From contig CM035351.1 in assembly GCA_020137815.1 (NCBI GenBank), forward strand, positions 9,914,896-9,978,895: 64,000 bases of DNA. Reading direction: 5' to 3'. The translations under genes were made by a program, and so were the position numbers. Positions 12,033 through 24,318 of the stretch are shown here, piece after piece (positions within the stretch are counted from its first letter, which is position 1; every line of letters starts with the position of its first letter). The stretch is from Hormiphora californensis (Eukaryota; Animalia; Ctenophora). The notes under the pieces are model-generated. The model made no database searches, was not told the DNA's origin, and worked only from the letters and a program-made list of their open reading frames with translations.

Positions 12033-12734
12033 AACGGGGGGGATCCCATGGCATACTTTGGTATACTTTGGTATACTTTGGTATATGGAAAATCCCAAAA
12101 AAATATGTGGAAAGTACCAAAGTATACCAAAGTATACCATATCTTTTTAATAACTTTAAAGTACTTTAAAGTGTTAATTTACAACAGTTAAGGCTTTAAA
12201 ACATTTTATATAAACTTTCTTGACTCATAAAATTGGACAATGGTGCTAAATAGGCTAAATTCATAGAATCGAGGGAAAATATTACCTATAAAATGGTGAG
12301 TCAGAAAACTGGGGTTTGACAAATTGGGACCCATTTGAGTATGATAAAAAAAAAACTTTTAAAAAGTCAAGAAAATGTTCAAATAGTATTTGGTAAAGTC
12401 TCCAAAAATTTTTCAAAAATTGCCTTCACCGGGAATCGAACCCGAGTGGCAAGCCTAGAAGCACTAGCCGGATGATGTAACAAAAACGTAAAAATCGGTT
12501 TAATAAGCGTTATATTACCAACTTATAAAGAAATAAGGATGTAGTTTTACAAATTTAGTCATTTATGTCAACTTATCGCTTAAATTTTACCTTTTTCAAA
12601 ATTTTTATGGTATACTTTGGTATACCTTGGTATACTTTGGTATACTTTGGTATACTTTGGTATATGGAAAATCGCTGAAAAAGTTGTGGAAAGTGCCAAA
12701 GTATACCAAAGTATACCATGGGATCCCCCCCCTC
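12033..12734. mobile_element. TTAA-flanked non-autonomous DNA transposon (Kolobok-like)
   Basis: TTAA on both sides; TIR gggggggatcccatgg; subterminal (ggtatacttt)n arrays; internal tRNA B-box-like fragment at ~12422-12445. Confidence 0.7.
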
Positions 12735-12750
12735 TTAAAACTGAGTTTAG

Positions 12751-13861
12751 GGGGTGTGTTATTTTTTCAATTCCTAATTTAATTCAAAATTTTACTTGGT
12801 ACAGTCGGACCCCGATTTACCGGGCCCCGATTTACCGGAACCCCGATTTACCGGGAGGATAAACTTCCCCCGATATAGGAAATTAACGGTATTTGACCCC
12901 AATTTACCGGGCACCCCGATTTACCGGGGTCCGACTGTATTGGGTTAAATGAGCTCCTACGATCATTCTAAAACATTTTATCACAAATTTTTGGCTCTAC
13001 CATGGCCCAAATATGTTGGCACGAGCTATGCCCATATATGGGCATATTCATATCAAAAAGTCTGTTTTAGGGCGTTATTTCGAACAAAATACACATATCA
13101 ATCGTCTCGTGACAACTTATACGACTGTTACTTTCAGTTTGAGCCTTCAGATATCCACTTTATGAACAAAAATAAAAGTTTTTCTCCCTTTTTTTTCTTG
13201 CTAATTTTACCAACTTGCAGAATCGTGGGGACGAATTTTAATTTTTTTAAAGTTTTTTCTTGGTGGAAAGCAAATTTTGGTTGTAATCGACTAATTTTGG
13301 CCTGCGGAACACGATCCCGTTCAAGAAAAAGATCTCAAAATTTAAGAACATGTCCAAAATGAACATTCTTTGTCAAAAATGAACATTTTTTGTCAAAAAT
13401 GAACATTTTTAGGTCAAAAATGAACTTTAGCATCATTTAATGATGCATATCAATTCCTGTCAGTTTCGAGGTGCTGAACACGATCCTGAACATAAAAAGT
13501 TGATATCAAGAACATGTCAAAAACTGGTGAAAACCACACATATTTCCCTATTTTTACCATTTTTCGCGGCCCTGTAGTTGTTAGGATCATACCTACAGCC
13601 CTTCTTATACAATGGGGTGACGAGTGATTCTTTCCAAGGATAGCACTGATTCTGGAGACATTGGTTAAACAAGTTGGCTGTCGCCTCCATGACTTCTGTA
13701 CTGCTTGCTTTCAGGAACTCATTGGCAATTTGATCCTCAGCTACAGCTTTTCCGTCCTTGAGTCGCGATGCCAACGTAACTGACAAACACTATCTCGATT
13801 CTGTTTTGCTGATGTGATAGAAAATTGTCCATAGTTTCACATTAGCTAGATACTGAATGGA
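12751..13861 (-). mobile_element. Copy of the GGGTGTGCTATTT TIR element, interrupted by a MITE (12802-12937) and an RT fragment
   Basis: reverse complement of 23096-23886. Confidence 0.75.
13568..13775 (-). pseudogene. LINE reverse-transcriptase N-terminal fragment
   Basis: LKDGKAVAEDQIANEFLK...WKESLVTPLYKKGCRYDPNNYRA, typical non-LTR RT domain 0/1 motifs. Confidence 0.85.
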
Positions 13862-14130
13862 CGTGATGTGTAATGAATGGCTAGAGGGGTATCAATGTAA
13901 CTCGGTGCATTAGGATTGTTAGCATTATGGGAATGTTCTGACAATCTGTCGTGCACCGACCTGCAAGACTCTCCCACATAGATTTCACCACACAATAAAC
14001 ATGTTATCTGGTACACTGGTGACATAGTGTTACACGAGCCCTTCTCGAGTCTTTCACAAATATTACAATTTCTCGCAAGACACTCTAGATTGTACAAATA
14101 ATGTATCGCTTGACTATTCTTGAGTCTCAT
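13862..14130 (-). pseudogene. Penelope-like element GIY-YIG endonuclease fragment 1
   Basis: CNIC...VYQITCLLCGEIYVGESCRSVHDRLSEH. Confidence 0.85.
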
Positions 14131-14169
14131 GATTGATAATAGTTCTTGTGTTTATTGGACAAGTTAGAC

Positions 14170-14232
14170 TCGCTGGATATTATTGGATGAAACCAGATAT
14201 TTCGGTGTTTAACACCATCATCAGTAGTAGCT
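14170..14232 (-). ncRNA. Candidate, probably degenerate, hammerhead ribozyme of a Penelope pLTR
   Basis: minus strand CTGATGA-T-GGTGT(taa)ACACC-GAAA-TAT...ATATC; helix I pairing is poor. Confidence 0.45.
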
Positions 14233-14451
14233 AAAAATAGAACATATTAGGAATAGGAATCAAAATCGAAATTCATATCAAAACAATCACGTACTACTCT
14301 CTATCTCTCTCACTCTCACTCTCTCTACTCAACTCACAAACTCTATCTCTCACTCTCTCCCCCTCTCTCTCACTCATTCTCACATCAGATCAGATATACA
14401 TAAATTCAGATTGTACTATACACAGAGCTATGACGAGTACTCTAGGACTTA

Positions 14452-14955
14452 TCAACTATTACTGACTAGGAAGCCTAAAGCACTCTCACACTCTTTCTTG
14501 TTGTTCAGAGTAGCTTTCAGTTGTTGTATGAAATCAGCTTCACTAATCTTTCTCTGTATTGTTCTCGAAAGATTCGATTTCAGTATTTCCAAACTTAAAA
14601 TAGGGGTACTACCCTCGTGTGTCTCTTTATAGTGTGTCGCAAATGCGTTGTTCTGGTATGATGTTGATGTGGGGTTGATCGCCGCCCGCCGATGTTCTAG
14701 CATCCGGTCATGTATTGGGTGTGCGCCGTGCGGTCTCACCCACATAGAACTCTTGGCATAGCTCGCACTTAACTCTATACACAACACCCTTTATTCTGCA
14801 ATCATACTTGTCACTGGTGATCAAAGGGCAGACAATACATTTTGTGAGAGTACAAACAGGGCGGTCGTGGGGACGTGAGCTACAAAATATGTCACCTAGT
14901 TTAGTACCAGGTGTGAGGACAAGACGTACAGGTAGTTTATGAGTGTGAATAAATG
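14452..14955 (-). pseudogene. Penelope-like element C-terminus with GIY-YIG domain, frameshifted (fragment 2)
   Basis: CIVC..VVYRVKCELCQEFYVGETAR / IHDRMLEH..RKISEADFIQQLKATLN across ORFs 14708-14989 and 14452-14787. Confidence 0.88.
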
Positions 14956-15284
14956 ACTTGATGAATATGAATATGAATATGAACTTCACAATTTATATCA
15001 AGTCAATATAAGAAAATATATGACTCTCCCGCTCTTACACTATACGTATAAAATATAGTTAAAAATTAATTACATTAATATACGCTTCTAGGCCGAGGCT
15101 AATAGCACAACAGCAGTTACCTAAAGCGGGACAAACACACACAGACGAACCAATGAGACGGGTAACAATGAGCTGAGAGCTAAACGGACAGATAGATTTA
15201 ACCAGGTTTAATAAATTACTAAAATCGAAAAGAAAAAGGCGAATAAGTTAGTTAAAAATACGGTAGTTACAAAACACCATGCAC

Positions 15285-15386
<102 letters not shown>

Positions 15387-15844
15387 AAAAAAAAAATAAA
15401 GACATACACAAAACACAAATAAGTTAAGTTAAATAAGTTAATTAAAAAATGGTCATCTCACAAGAGAACACAAAGGTGCACACACAAACGGACACAGCAT
15501 ACCTAGACTACTTGGAAACAGTAAATCATGTTCAGCACACATCGTTTACATAAAAATAGTAAGATTGTCATTGATAAACACATACTTATCATCACTTTCG
15601 AAGTGTTCATTTACAGTCTGCAGGAATAACTGCACTTTCAGCCGTTTTCGTAACGGTACACGTTTCTTGTAACTGTTTTCTCCTGGCCCATACTCGGCCA
15701 ATTCTCGACTACCCTCAGACTCTACTCCACATCTCAGTTGCCAAGATCCTACTAACCCATACACCCACCACACACAAACGAACAAGAATACGCACTCAAA
15801 AAACCCTAGCTCTGAACAATATGTGGAGGACGTCTCTCCTAACT

Positions 15845-16348
15845 CGGGATGGTGGTGAAATAGGACGGATGGTGGAGGATAGGAGTGATGGTACTGTCTA
15901 GGACAGCTGATAGAGGATAGGAACAGGATGATGGAGGATAGGATGGATGGTGAAGGATGGATGGTGGAGGATAGGAAGGATGGTGGGGGATTGGACGGAT
16001 GGTGGGGGATTGGACGGATGATGGAGGATGGGAGAGATAGTGGAGGATAGGACGGGTGGTGGAAAGTTTGACGAAAGATGGAGGATAGGACGGATGGTCG
16101 AGGATAGGACGAATGGTGAAGGGATGCGACAGATGGTGGTGGAGGATATTCCAGATCATGGTGGATGATAGGACGGATGGTGGAGGATATGACGGATGGT
16201 GGAGGATGGGACGGATGGTGGAGGATAGGACGGATGGTGAAGGATAGGACGAAAGGTGGAGACTGGGACAGATGGTGGAGGATAGGACGAATGGTGGAGG
16301 AAAGGACGGATGGTGAAGGATAGGATGGATAGGATGGTGGAGGATAGA
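15845..16348. repeat. Purine-rich ~22-bp minisatellite (ggacggatggtggaggatagga)
   Basis: direct reading; explains the His/Pro pseudo-ORFs. Confidence 0.9.
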
Positions 16349-17992
16349 TACTTACTTGATACTTGGTACGGTCTCCTCAATCATTCGAGTGGCCGGCTCC
16401 AAGTATCCTCGCTCGTAATGACGTGAGCTGTCTCCACTCATTTCTGTTCTCTGCAGTGTTAGTAATTGCACGGAGAGACTGAGATTGACCCGTAGCGTCT
16501 CGATAATCATTCAGCACACAGGAGGACCAGGTTTTACGCGGTCTTCCTCTGGAACGTCTCCCATGACTAGGCACCCAGTGGTAGAGTTTATTGGGCACCC
16601 TACCCTCAGGCATTCTAATCAGGTGTCCAAACCAGCGGAGTCTCCCATTGCCAATGAACTTCGAGATTGGTTCTATCCCCGCCCTCTACAGTACCTCCCT
16701 GTTAGATACTCTCCTAAACCACTGTATTCTCAGGATTCTACGCAGGCACCGTTGATGGAACGCCTCCACCCGGCGATCTTGGACCTGAGTAGTTGTCCAG
16801 GCCTCACAACCATAGAGAAGAACTGTCAGAACAGCAGCTCTGTATATCCTGATCTTGGTACAGGTCCTGATGTTACGGTTGTACCAGATCCTACAAAGCA
16901 TACTGAATGCACTGTAAGCCTTCCCTATCCTGATACCAAGCTCCTTGTCGATGGTACCGTCAGAGGACAACGCCGATCCGAGATAGGTAAAACTGGAAAC
17001 CTGCTCAACCGGATTACCCTCCACAGAGATGCTGACCGTATCCGCCTCTGAAAATGGGCGCTGGCTAAGACCCTTTGAAAAAGCCACAACTTTGGTCTTC
17101 TTCGCATTAATCTTCAGACCAGCGTACCCTGCGTATTTTACCAGCAAATCTGTTGACTCCTGGAGCCCTTCCTCAGTATCATCCATTACAGCCATGTCAT
17201 CAGCATAGTCGAGATCCATGATCCATTCCCCACCCTCATCACTCTCAGCGCCGTGAAGAGTGAGACCCCTGGAGACAGTCTTGTTGGACTCAGCAAGCTG
17301 AGCCGCCCAGTTAATCACGATGTTGAAGACTGGTGGACCCTGAATGTCGCCCTGACCGGTACCACTGAGGACACTGAACCAGCTGGAGAGCTCCCCGTCA
17401 TGTTTCACTGCACTCATAGTACCGTCAAAGAATGCTCGAATTATCCGGACATACTTCTCTGGAAGACCATAATGGCGAAATGCGGCCCAGATAAAATCCC
17501 TGTTAATACAATCGAATGCTGATTTGAAGTCAATAAAGTTTATATACAACGGTACATTATATTCTATACACTGATGGATGATGGTACGGAGGGAATAAAT
17601 CTGATCCACACAGGACCGGTTACGTCTGAATCCACACTGATAATCTCGAAGTGCCAATTCAAGACCAGAAGACAACCTGTTCAGCATAATTATCTGGAAC
17701 AGCTTGGAAGTGGTAGATCGCAGAGTGATGCCCCTATTATTTGAGCACACACTGGCGTCACCCTTCTTGGGAATCACCGAGATGACACCCTTTAACCACT
17801 CCTCCGGGACCTTCTCCTCCCTCCAGACTCCACCAAACAGATCCACAAGGGGGCCAACAAGACCGGACGAGCCATACCGTAGCTGTTCGTTCGAGATCCC
17901 ATCAACGCCAGGACTCTTATGGTTTTTGAGCCTCTTCAGTGCCACTAAAACTTCTCCACGAGAAGGCGGAGGATCATCCTCACCAAGATCCT
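16349..17992 (-). mobile_element. 5'-truncated RTE-clade LINE (RT ORF 16686-17945, frameshifted C-terminus to 16377)
   Basis: KSPGVDGI, FIDFKSAFD, GQGDIQGP, YADD, YLG, LLYGCEAW, GRPRKTW; short 3'UTR with AAGT-type repeat tail. Confidence 0.92.
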
Positions 17993-20900
17993 CACTTAGA
18001 GCTTAGATTTTGATACCAGCTGATAGAGGATCACTAAATTTTCCGTTTGGCTGGCGGTTGGCTGGCACCACGTGGGATTAGGGGTTTAGGTCGTCGTGGG
18101 AGGTCGACATTGGTCGCGTTCGATCGGGCTCGATGAGGTGATCAAAAGCTAGTGGGCCAGACCTTGGCCCCACCCCGTTCTTGGCTTATTGGGCTTTTTC
18201 GGTTTCCCGCCAAAATATTTTCCCGCCATATATATGCTTTATTTTTTTGCCCCTGCACTGCCACTGCACATTTTTTTAATTGCTTATAATTAATTTGATA
18301 ATCAATTTTGAATATTCCCACTTTTTGTAGACCTTTCTATATGCTTTAACTACATTACTGCAAAATTTTAGGCCGTTATTTATAGCAGAACGGAAAATAT
18401 TTTCAAATGCTCAGGGGCAATGCTCAGGGGCACCAGAAAAATGTCCATTTTTTAATTGCTTATAATTAATTGGATAATTAATTTTGAATATTCCCACCTT
18501 TTGTAGACCTTTCTATATGCTTGAAGAGCATTCCTACAAAGTTTCAAGTCGATATTTCAAGCAGATCGGGAGATAATTGCTGCTCAGGTGCCCCTGGGCC
18601 ACTTTTGTTAGTGCGAGGGCAATTTTAAAATTTTAATTGCTTATAATCAATTAATTAAGTAAAAAATCAAAAATCAGGCTCCTTGGTGACTCTTAGTTAT
18701 ACCACTAGAACATGCCTACAAAGTTTTAGATCGATATGTCAAACAGTGTGGCCACAGTTTGAATTTTAAAATTGCCCAGGGGCAGTATTTTCAAATGCTC
18801 GGGGGCAATGTTCAGGGGCACCAGAAAATGTCCATTTTTGCATGCCTATAACTCATTGATTACTTAATTTTGACTATTCTAACTTTTTTGTAGATCATTT
18901 TTTATGCTTGAAGAGCATTCCTACAAAGTTTCAAGTCGATATTTCAAGCAGATCGGGAGATAATTTCGGCTCAGGGGCAATGCCCAGGGGACAGAACACC
19001 CCATGCTCAGGGGCACGGTGCAGGGGCTACTTTTTAATTACATATAATTAATTTATTAGGCAAAAAATCAAAAATCTGGCCACGTTATGACACGTAGTTA
19101 TACTACTAGAACACGCCTACAAAATTTCAGGTCGATATCTCAAAAAATTTGGCCACAATCACTGCCTGAAATTTGCCCCCCCCCCCCCCCCCCCCCGAAA
19201 AAAAGACCTACGTTTGTATATATGATCGCAAAAGGCAAGCTTCCCCTCGTTCGACCCGAAGTTGGGAGATTCGTCGAAACAGCAACCTTCAGGCTGTTAA
19301 AATATTTTTTGATGCGCGGCGGCCTGTTTATTATAGTAGGGTCGGTTGTGGGAAGTTGGGTCTGGAATTTTAAATTTGACTTTCTGATATGATTAGGGAC
19401 TCTATAAAAAGTCCAAAGTACCATCCCACAGGTCTCTACCACCCCCGGCGCGGTTCACTAATTAGTCGTAATTATGTAATTTATGACGTTATCGCCAATT
19501 AGCACTAATAATGCCAGTTCCTGATCACTTAGAGCTTAGATTTTGATACCAGCTGATAGAGGATCACTAAATTTTCCGTTTGGCTGGCGGTTGGCTGGCA
19601 CCACGTGGGATTAGGGGTTTAGGTCGTCGTGGGAGGTCGACCGGTCGACATTGGTCGCGTTCGATCGGGCTCGATGAGGTGATCAAAAGCTAGTGGGCCA
19701 GACCTTGGCCCCACCCCGTTCTTGGCTTATTGGGCTTTTTCGGTTTCCCGCCAAAATATTTTCCCGCCATATATATGCTTTATTTTTTTGCCCCTGCACT
19801 GCCACTGCACATTTTTTTAATTGCTTATAATTAACTTGATAATCAATTTTGAATATTCCCACTTTTTGTAGACCTTTCTATATGCTTGAACTACATTACT
19901 GCAAAATTTTAGGCCGTTATTTATAGCAGAACGGAAAATATTTTCAAATGCTCAGGGGCAATGCTCAGGGGCACCAGAAAAATGTCCATTTTTTAATTGC
20001 TTATAATTAACTAGAAAGCCCATTAAAGTCCCTCACCCCCCCCCCCACCGTCCCCATGTCTCTCTCCCCCTCTTACTCTTGATATCTCCATGTCGGGGTA
20101 AAGAATACGGAGGTTGGTAGAGTGGTAGAGCGCCATGTTGATAAACATCAATGGAAATCCCGCTGATTAACATGTAGAATCAGGTGATAAAGATCCGTAT
20201 AATTGTAGCTGTGTAGAGAATCAACGGGGTACGTAGGTAGAAAGGCTTTGGCAATCATGGCGGCCCCAGTAGTAGATCCCAAAACACCACAGGAACAACA
20301 CAGGAACACGCAACAAACAACCAACAACATGCACGTGCAGTATCCCCCCTCCAATACCCCTTCCAAGGCACCTCCTTGGCAACCCCCCTCTATTTGCACG
20401 TGATGATAGGTCATACTCCTCCTCATCACGACGTTCATTTGCAAATTATAATCTCTACTAGAAAGCCCATTGAATTCCTACAATTGCCCCCACCCCCACC
20501 CGTCTCTATGTCCCCCACCCTCTTACTCTTCGACTCTCCATGTCGGGGTAAAGAATACGGAGATTTGTAGTGCTAGAGCGCCGGTGATAAACATCAAGGG
20601 AAATCCCGCTGAATAACATGTAGAATCAGGTGGTAAAGATCCGTAGAATTGTAGCTGTGTAGAGAATCAACGGGGTACGTAGGTAGAAAGGCTTTGGCAA
20701 TCATGGCGACCTCAGCAGTAGATCCCAAAACACCAACAACAACAACCACAGGAACACGCAACAAACAAACAATAACATGCACGTGCAGTATCCCACCTCC
20801 AATACCCCTCCCAGGGCACCTCCTTGGCAACCCCCTCCATTTGCACGTGTGGATAGGTCATCATACTCATCACGCCACGCATTTGCAAATTATAATAAGG

Positions 20901-22024
20901 ACTAGAAAGCCCATTGTTAAGTCCTACAACACCCCTCCCCCCCACACGTCTCTATGTCTCTCTCCCCGTCTCACTCTTTGTCTCCCTATGTCGGGGTAAA
21001 GAATACGGAGGTTTATAGTGGTAGAGCGCTGGAGATAAACATCAAGGGAAATCCCGCTGAATAACATGTAGAATCAGGTGATAAAGATCCGTAGAATTGT
21101 AGCTGTGTAGAGAATCTATGGGGTATGTAGGTAGAAAGGCTTTGGCAATCATGGCGGTAGATCCCAAAACACCACGAAACACCTGCACAGGAACACGAAA
21201 CAAACAACCAACAACATGCACGTGCAGTATCCCCCTCCAATACCCCTCCCAAGCCACCTCCCAGGGCAACCCCCACTATTTGCACGTGTGGATACTACAT
21301 CACCACCATCACGCCACGCATTTGTACTTTATAATAAGGATTGGATAATTAGTTTTGAATATTCCCACCTTTTGTAGACCTTTCTATATGCTTGAAGAGC
21401 ATTCCTACAAAGTTTCAAGTCGATATTTCAAGCAGATCGGGAGATAATTGCGGCTCAGGTGCCCCTGGGCCACTTTTGTTAGTGCGGGGGCAATTTTAAA
21501 ATTTTAATTGCTTATAATTAATTGATTAAGTAAAAAATCAAAAATCAGGCTCCGTGGTGACTCTTAGTTATACCACTAGAACATGCCTACAAACAGTGTG
21601 GCCACAGTTTGAATTTTAAAGTTGCCCAGGGGCAGTTTTTTCAAATGCCCGGGGGCAATGTTCAGGGGCACCAGAAAATTTCCATTTTTGCATGCCTATA
21701 ACTCATTGATTACTTAATTTTGACTATTCTAACTTTTTGTAGATCTTTTTTATGCTGGAAGAGCATTCCTACAAAGTTTCAAGTCGATATTTCAAGCAGA
21801 TCGGGAGATAATTTCGGCTCAGGGGCAATGCCCAGGGGACAGAACACGCCATGCTCAGGGGCAGGGTGCAGGGGCTACTTTTTAATTACCTATAATTAAT
21901 TAATTAGGCAAAAAATAAAAAATCCGGCCACGTTATGACACGTAGTTATACTACTAGAACACGCCTACAAAATTTCAGGTCGATATCTCAAAAAATGTGG
22001 CCACAATCGCTGCCTGAAATTTGC
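17993..22024. mobile_element. Tandem pair of a ~1.2-kb non-autonomous element (Helitron/Helentron-like)
   Basis: 17993-19175 recurs near-identically from 19525 to ~22024 (minus the 20011-21340 insert); internal subrepeats; class assignment is inference. Confidence 0.65.
20011..21340 (-). mobile_element. Head-to-tail trimer of a ~445-bp non-autonomous Helitron
   Basis: minus strand a|TCCTTATTATAA...GGGCTTTCTAG|t with no TSD; empty site ataattaa|ttggat at 18469/18470; units start 20011, 20458, 20902. Confidence 0.85.
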
Positions 22025-22726
22025 CTTTTGGATTTGGTGCAGGGGCAAATTTTTTTTCTTCGTTTTTTCTGTTTTCTTCGGGTCGGAGGTGCAGTGCCTG
22101 CCGGCACCTAAATTATATTCTCCGGGTCGGATGGCGAGCTGCCACGCAAAAACGGTGATAGTTGTGTGAAAACAAACTGCGGGAGTGTGCTGGATTAATT
22201 CCTTCCTAACTGATGGCTTTGTTTTAAAATTAAATTTCAAAAGTTCATTTTTCATGAATGAACATTGCTGCCGTTCATTCATGAATTCTGAAATATAGTT
22301 TACCTTGAGTAAGTAACTTTTCTTTAGCTCGCAATTATCTTTCCATTGAGCACCATAAAACTCAAATTGAAGCACCAGGTCACATGACAGTTGAGAAAAT
22401 GAACATGCATGATTTTGGCTCTTTTTGCGACTTTCAATCGGCTGTATCACCGCTACCTTACCTTCAATCTTTTTGAAACTTTGGGTGAACATTGGATAAG
22501 CAAAGATCTTTGTTCACAAGAAAAATCAAGGTCAAAACTCAAAGTTCATTTTTAAGTTTTGGTAGTTCATTCCACTCATTCAGGAACCAACAACCCTAAA
22601 GTGATGGAAAAGTGTTGGATTTTGTTTGGCCAATGTCCTGCAATGACAGAGAGGTGTAGTAACGTGTTTCCGGGCTAGTTAGTGGGTGTCCACTGTCCAT
22701 GTGATTTTGGTGATACCTGACACCTT

Positions 22727-23056
22727 CACTGAGCAATAATCAAGGGATTTCCTCGAATTCAAGCATGTGATTCGGGTCTACTGCGATTGGTATCGTGCAG
22801 CAATCTTGAGAGATCACATAGCACCTCAAAAATGATGATAAGTTCAATAAATTGAGTTGATTTATGATCAATAAGATTAAAACCGATGCCACATTGAACT
22901 CAACGACCATTTTCGATCATAAATCAACTCACTTCATTGAACTAACCATCATTTTCGAGGGCTATGAGATCTCTTAACATTGCTGCACGATACCAATCGC
23001 AGAAAACCCGAATCACATGCTTGAATTCGTGAAAATCCCTTGATTATTGCTCAGTG
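22727..23056. mobile_element. Palindromic CACTG...CAGTG element
   Basis: cactgagcaataatcaagggattt ... aaatcccttgattattgctcagtg. Confidence 0.7.
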
Positions 23057-23063
23057 AAGGTTA

Positions 23064-23886
23064 GGGTGTGCTATTTCAAATTTTTTTCGACTAGGCCATT
23101 CAGTATCTATAGCTAATGTGAAACTATGGACAATTCTCTATCACATCAGCAAAACAGAATCTGGATAGTGTTTGTCAGTTAAATTGGGATCGCGATTTAA
23201 AAAGTGTAGTTTTAACCGAAAAATGGTAAAAACAGGAAAATATGTGTGGTTTTCACCAGTTTTTGACATGTTCTTGATATAAACTTTTTATGGTCAGGGT
23301 TGTGTTCAGCACCTCGAAACTGACAGAATTGATATGCATCATTAAACAATGCTAAAGTTCATTTTTGACCTAAAAATGTTCATTTTTGACAAAAAATGTT
23401 CATTTTTGGCAAAAAATGTTCGTTTTGGACATGTTCTTCAATTTTGAGAGCTTTTTCGTGAACGGGATCGTGTTCCGCAGGCCAAAATTAGTCGATTACA
23501 ACCGAAATTTGCTTTCCACCAAGAAAAAACTAAAAAAATTAAAATTCGTCCCCACGATTCTGCAAGTTGGTAAAATTAGCAAAAAAAGGGAGGAAATTTT
23601 TATTTTTGTTCATAAAGTGGATTTCTGAAGGCTCAAACTCAAAATAACAATTGTATAAGTTGTCACGAGACGATTGCTATGTGTGTTTTGTTCGAAACAA
23701 CGCCCTAAAACAGACTTTTTGAAATTAATATGCCCATATATGGGCATAGCTCGTGCCAACGTAATTGGGCCATGTTAGCGCCAAAACTTTATGATAAAAT
23801 GTTTTAGAATGATCGTAGGAGCTCATTTAACCCGATACCAAGTGAAATTTTGAATTAAATTAGGCATTTGAAAAAATAGCACACCT
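23064..23886 (+). mobile_element. Short-TIR non-autonomous DNA transposon (Harbinger-like)
   Basis: tta|gggtgtgctattt ... aaatagcacacct|tca; second copy at 12751. Confidence 0.65.
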
Positions 23887-24318
23887 TCACTGAAGGTGTC
23901 AGGTATCACCAAGATCACATGGACACCCACTAACTAGCCCGGAAACACGTTACTACACCTCTCTGTCATTGCAGGACATTGGCCAAACAAAATCCAACAC
24001 TTTTCCATCACTTTAGGGTTGTTGGTTCCTGAATGAGTGGAATGAACTACCAAAACTTAAAAATGAACTTTGAGTTTTGACCTTGATTTTTCTTGTGAGC
24101 AAAGATCTTTGCTTATCCAATGTTCACCCAAAGTTTCAAAAAGATTGAAGGTAAGGTAGCGGTGATACAGCCGATTGAAAGTCGCAAAAAGAGCCAAAAT
24201 CATGCATGTTCATTTTCTCAACTGTCATGTGACCTGGTGCTTCAATTTGAGTTTTATGGTGTTCAATGGAAAGATAATTGCGAGCCAAAGAAAAGTTACT
24301 TACTCAAGGTAAACAATA

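Noticed and set aside
12422-12470. tRNA gene
   Set aside because: Only a T-arm/B-box-like fragment inside a transposon; no cloverleaf.
16485-18006. Plus-strand ORFs overlapping the RTE RT
   Set aside because: Antisense shadows of the RT coding sequence.
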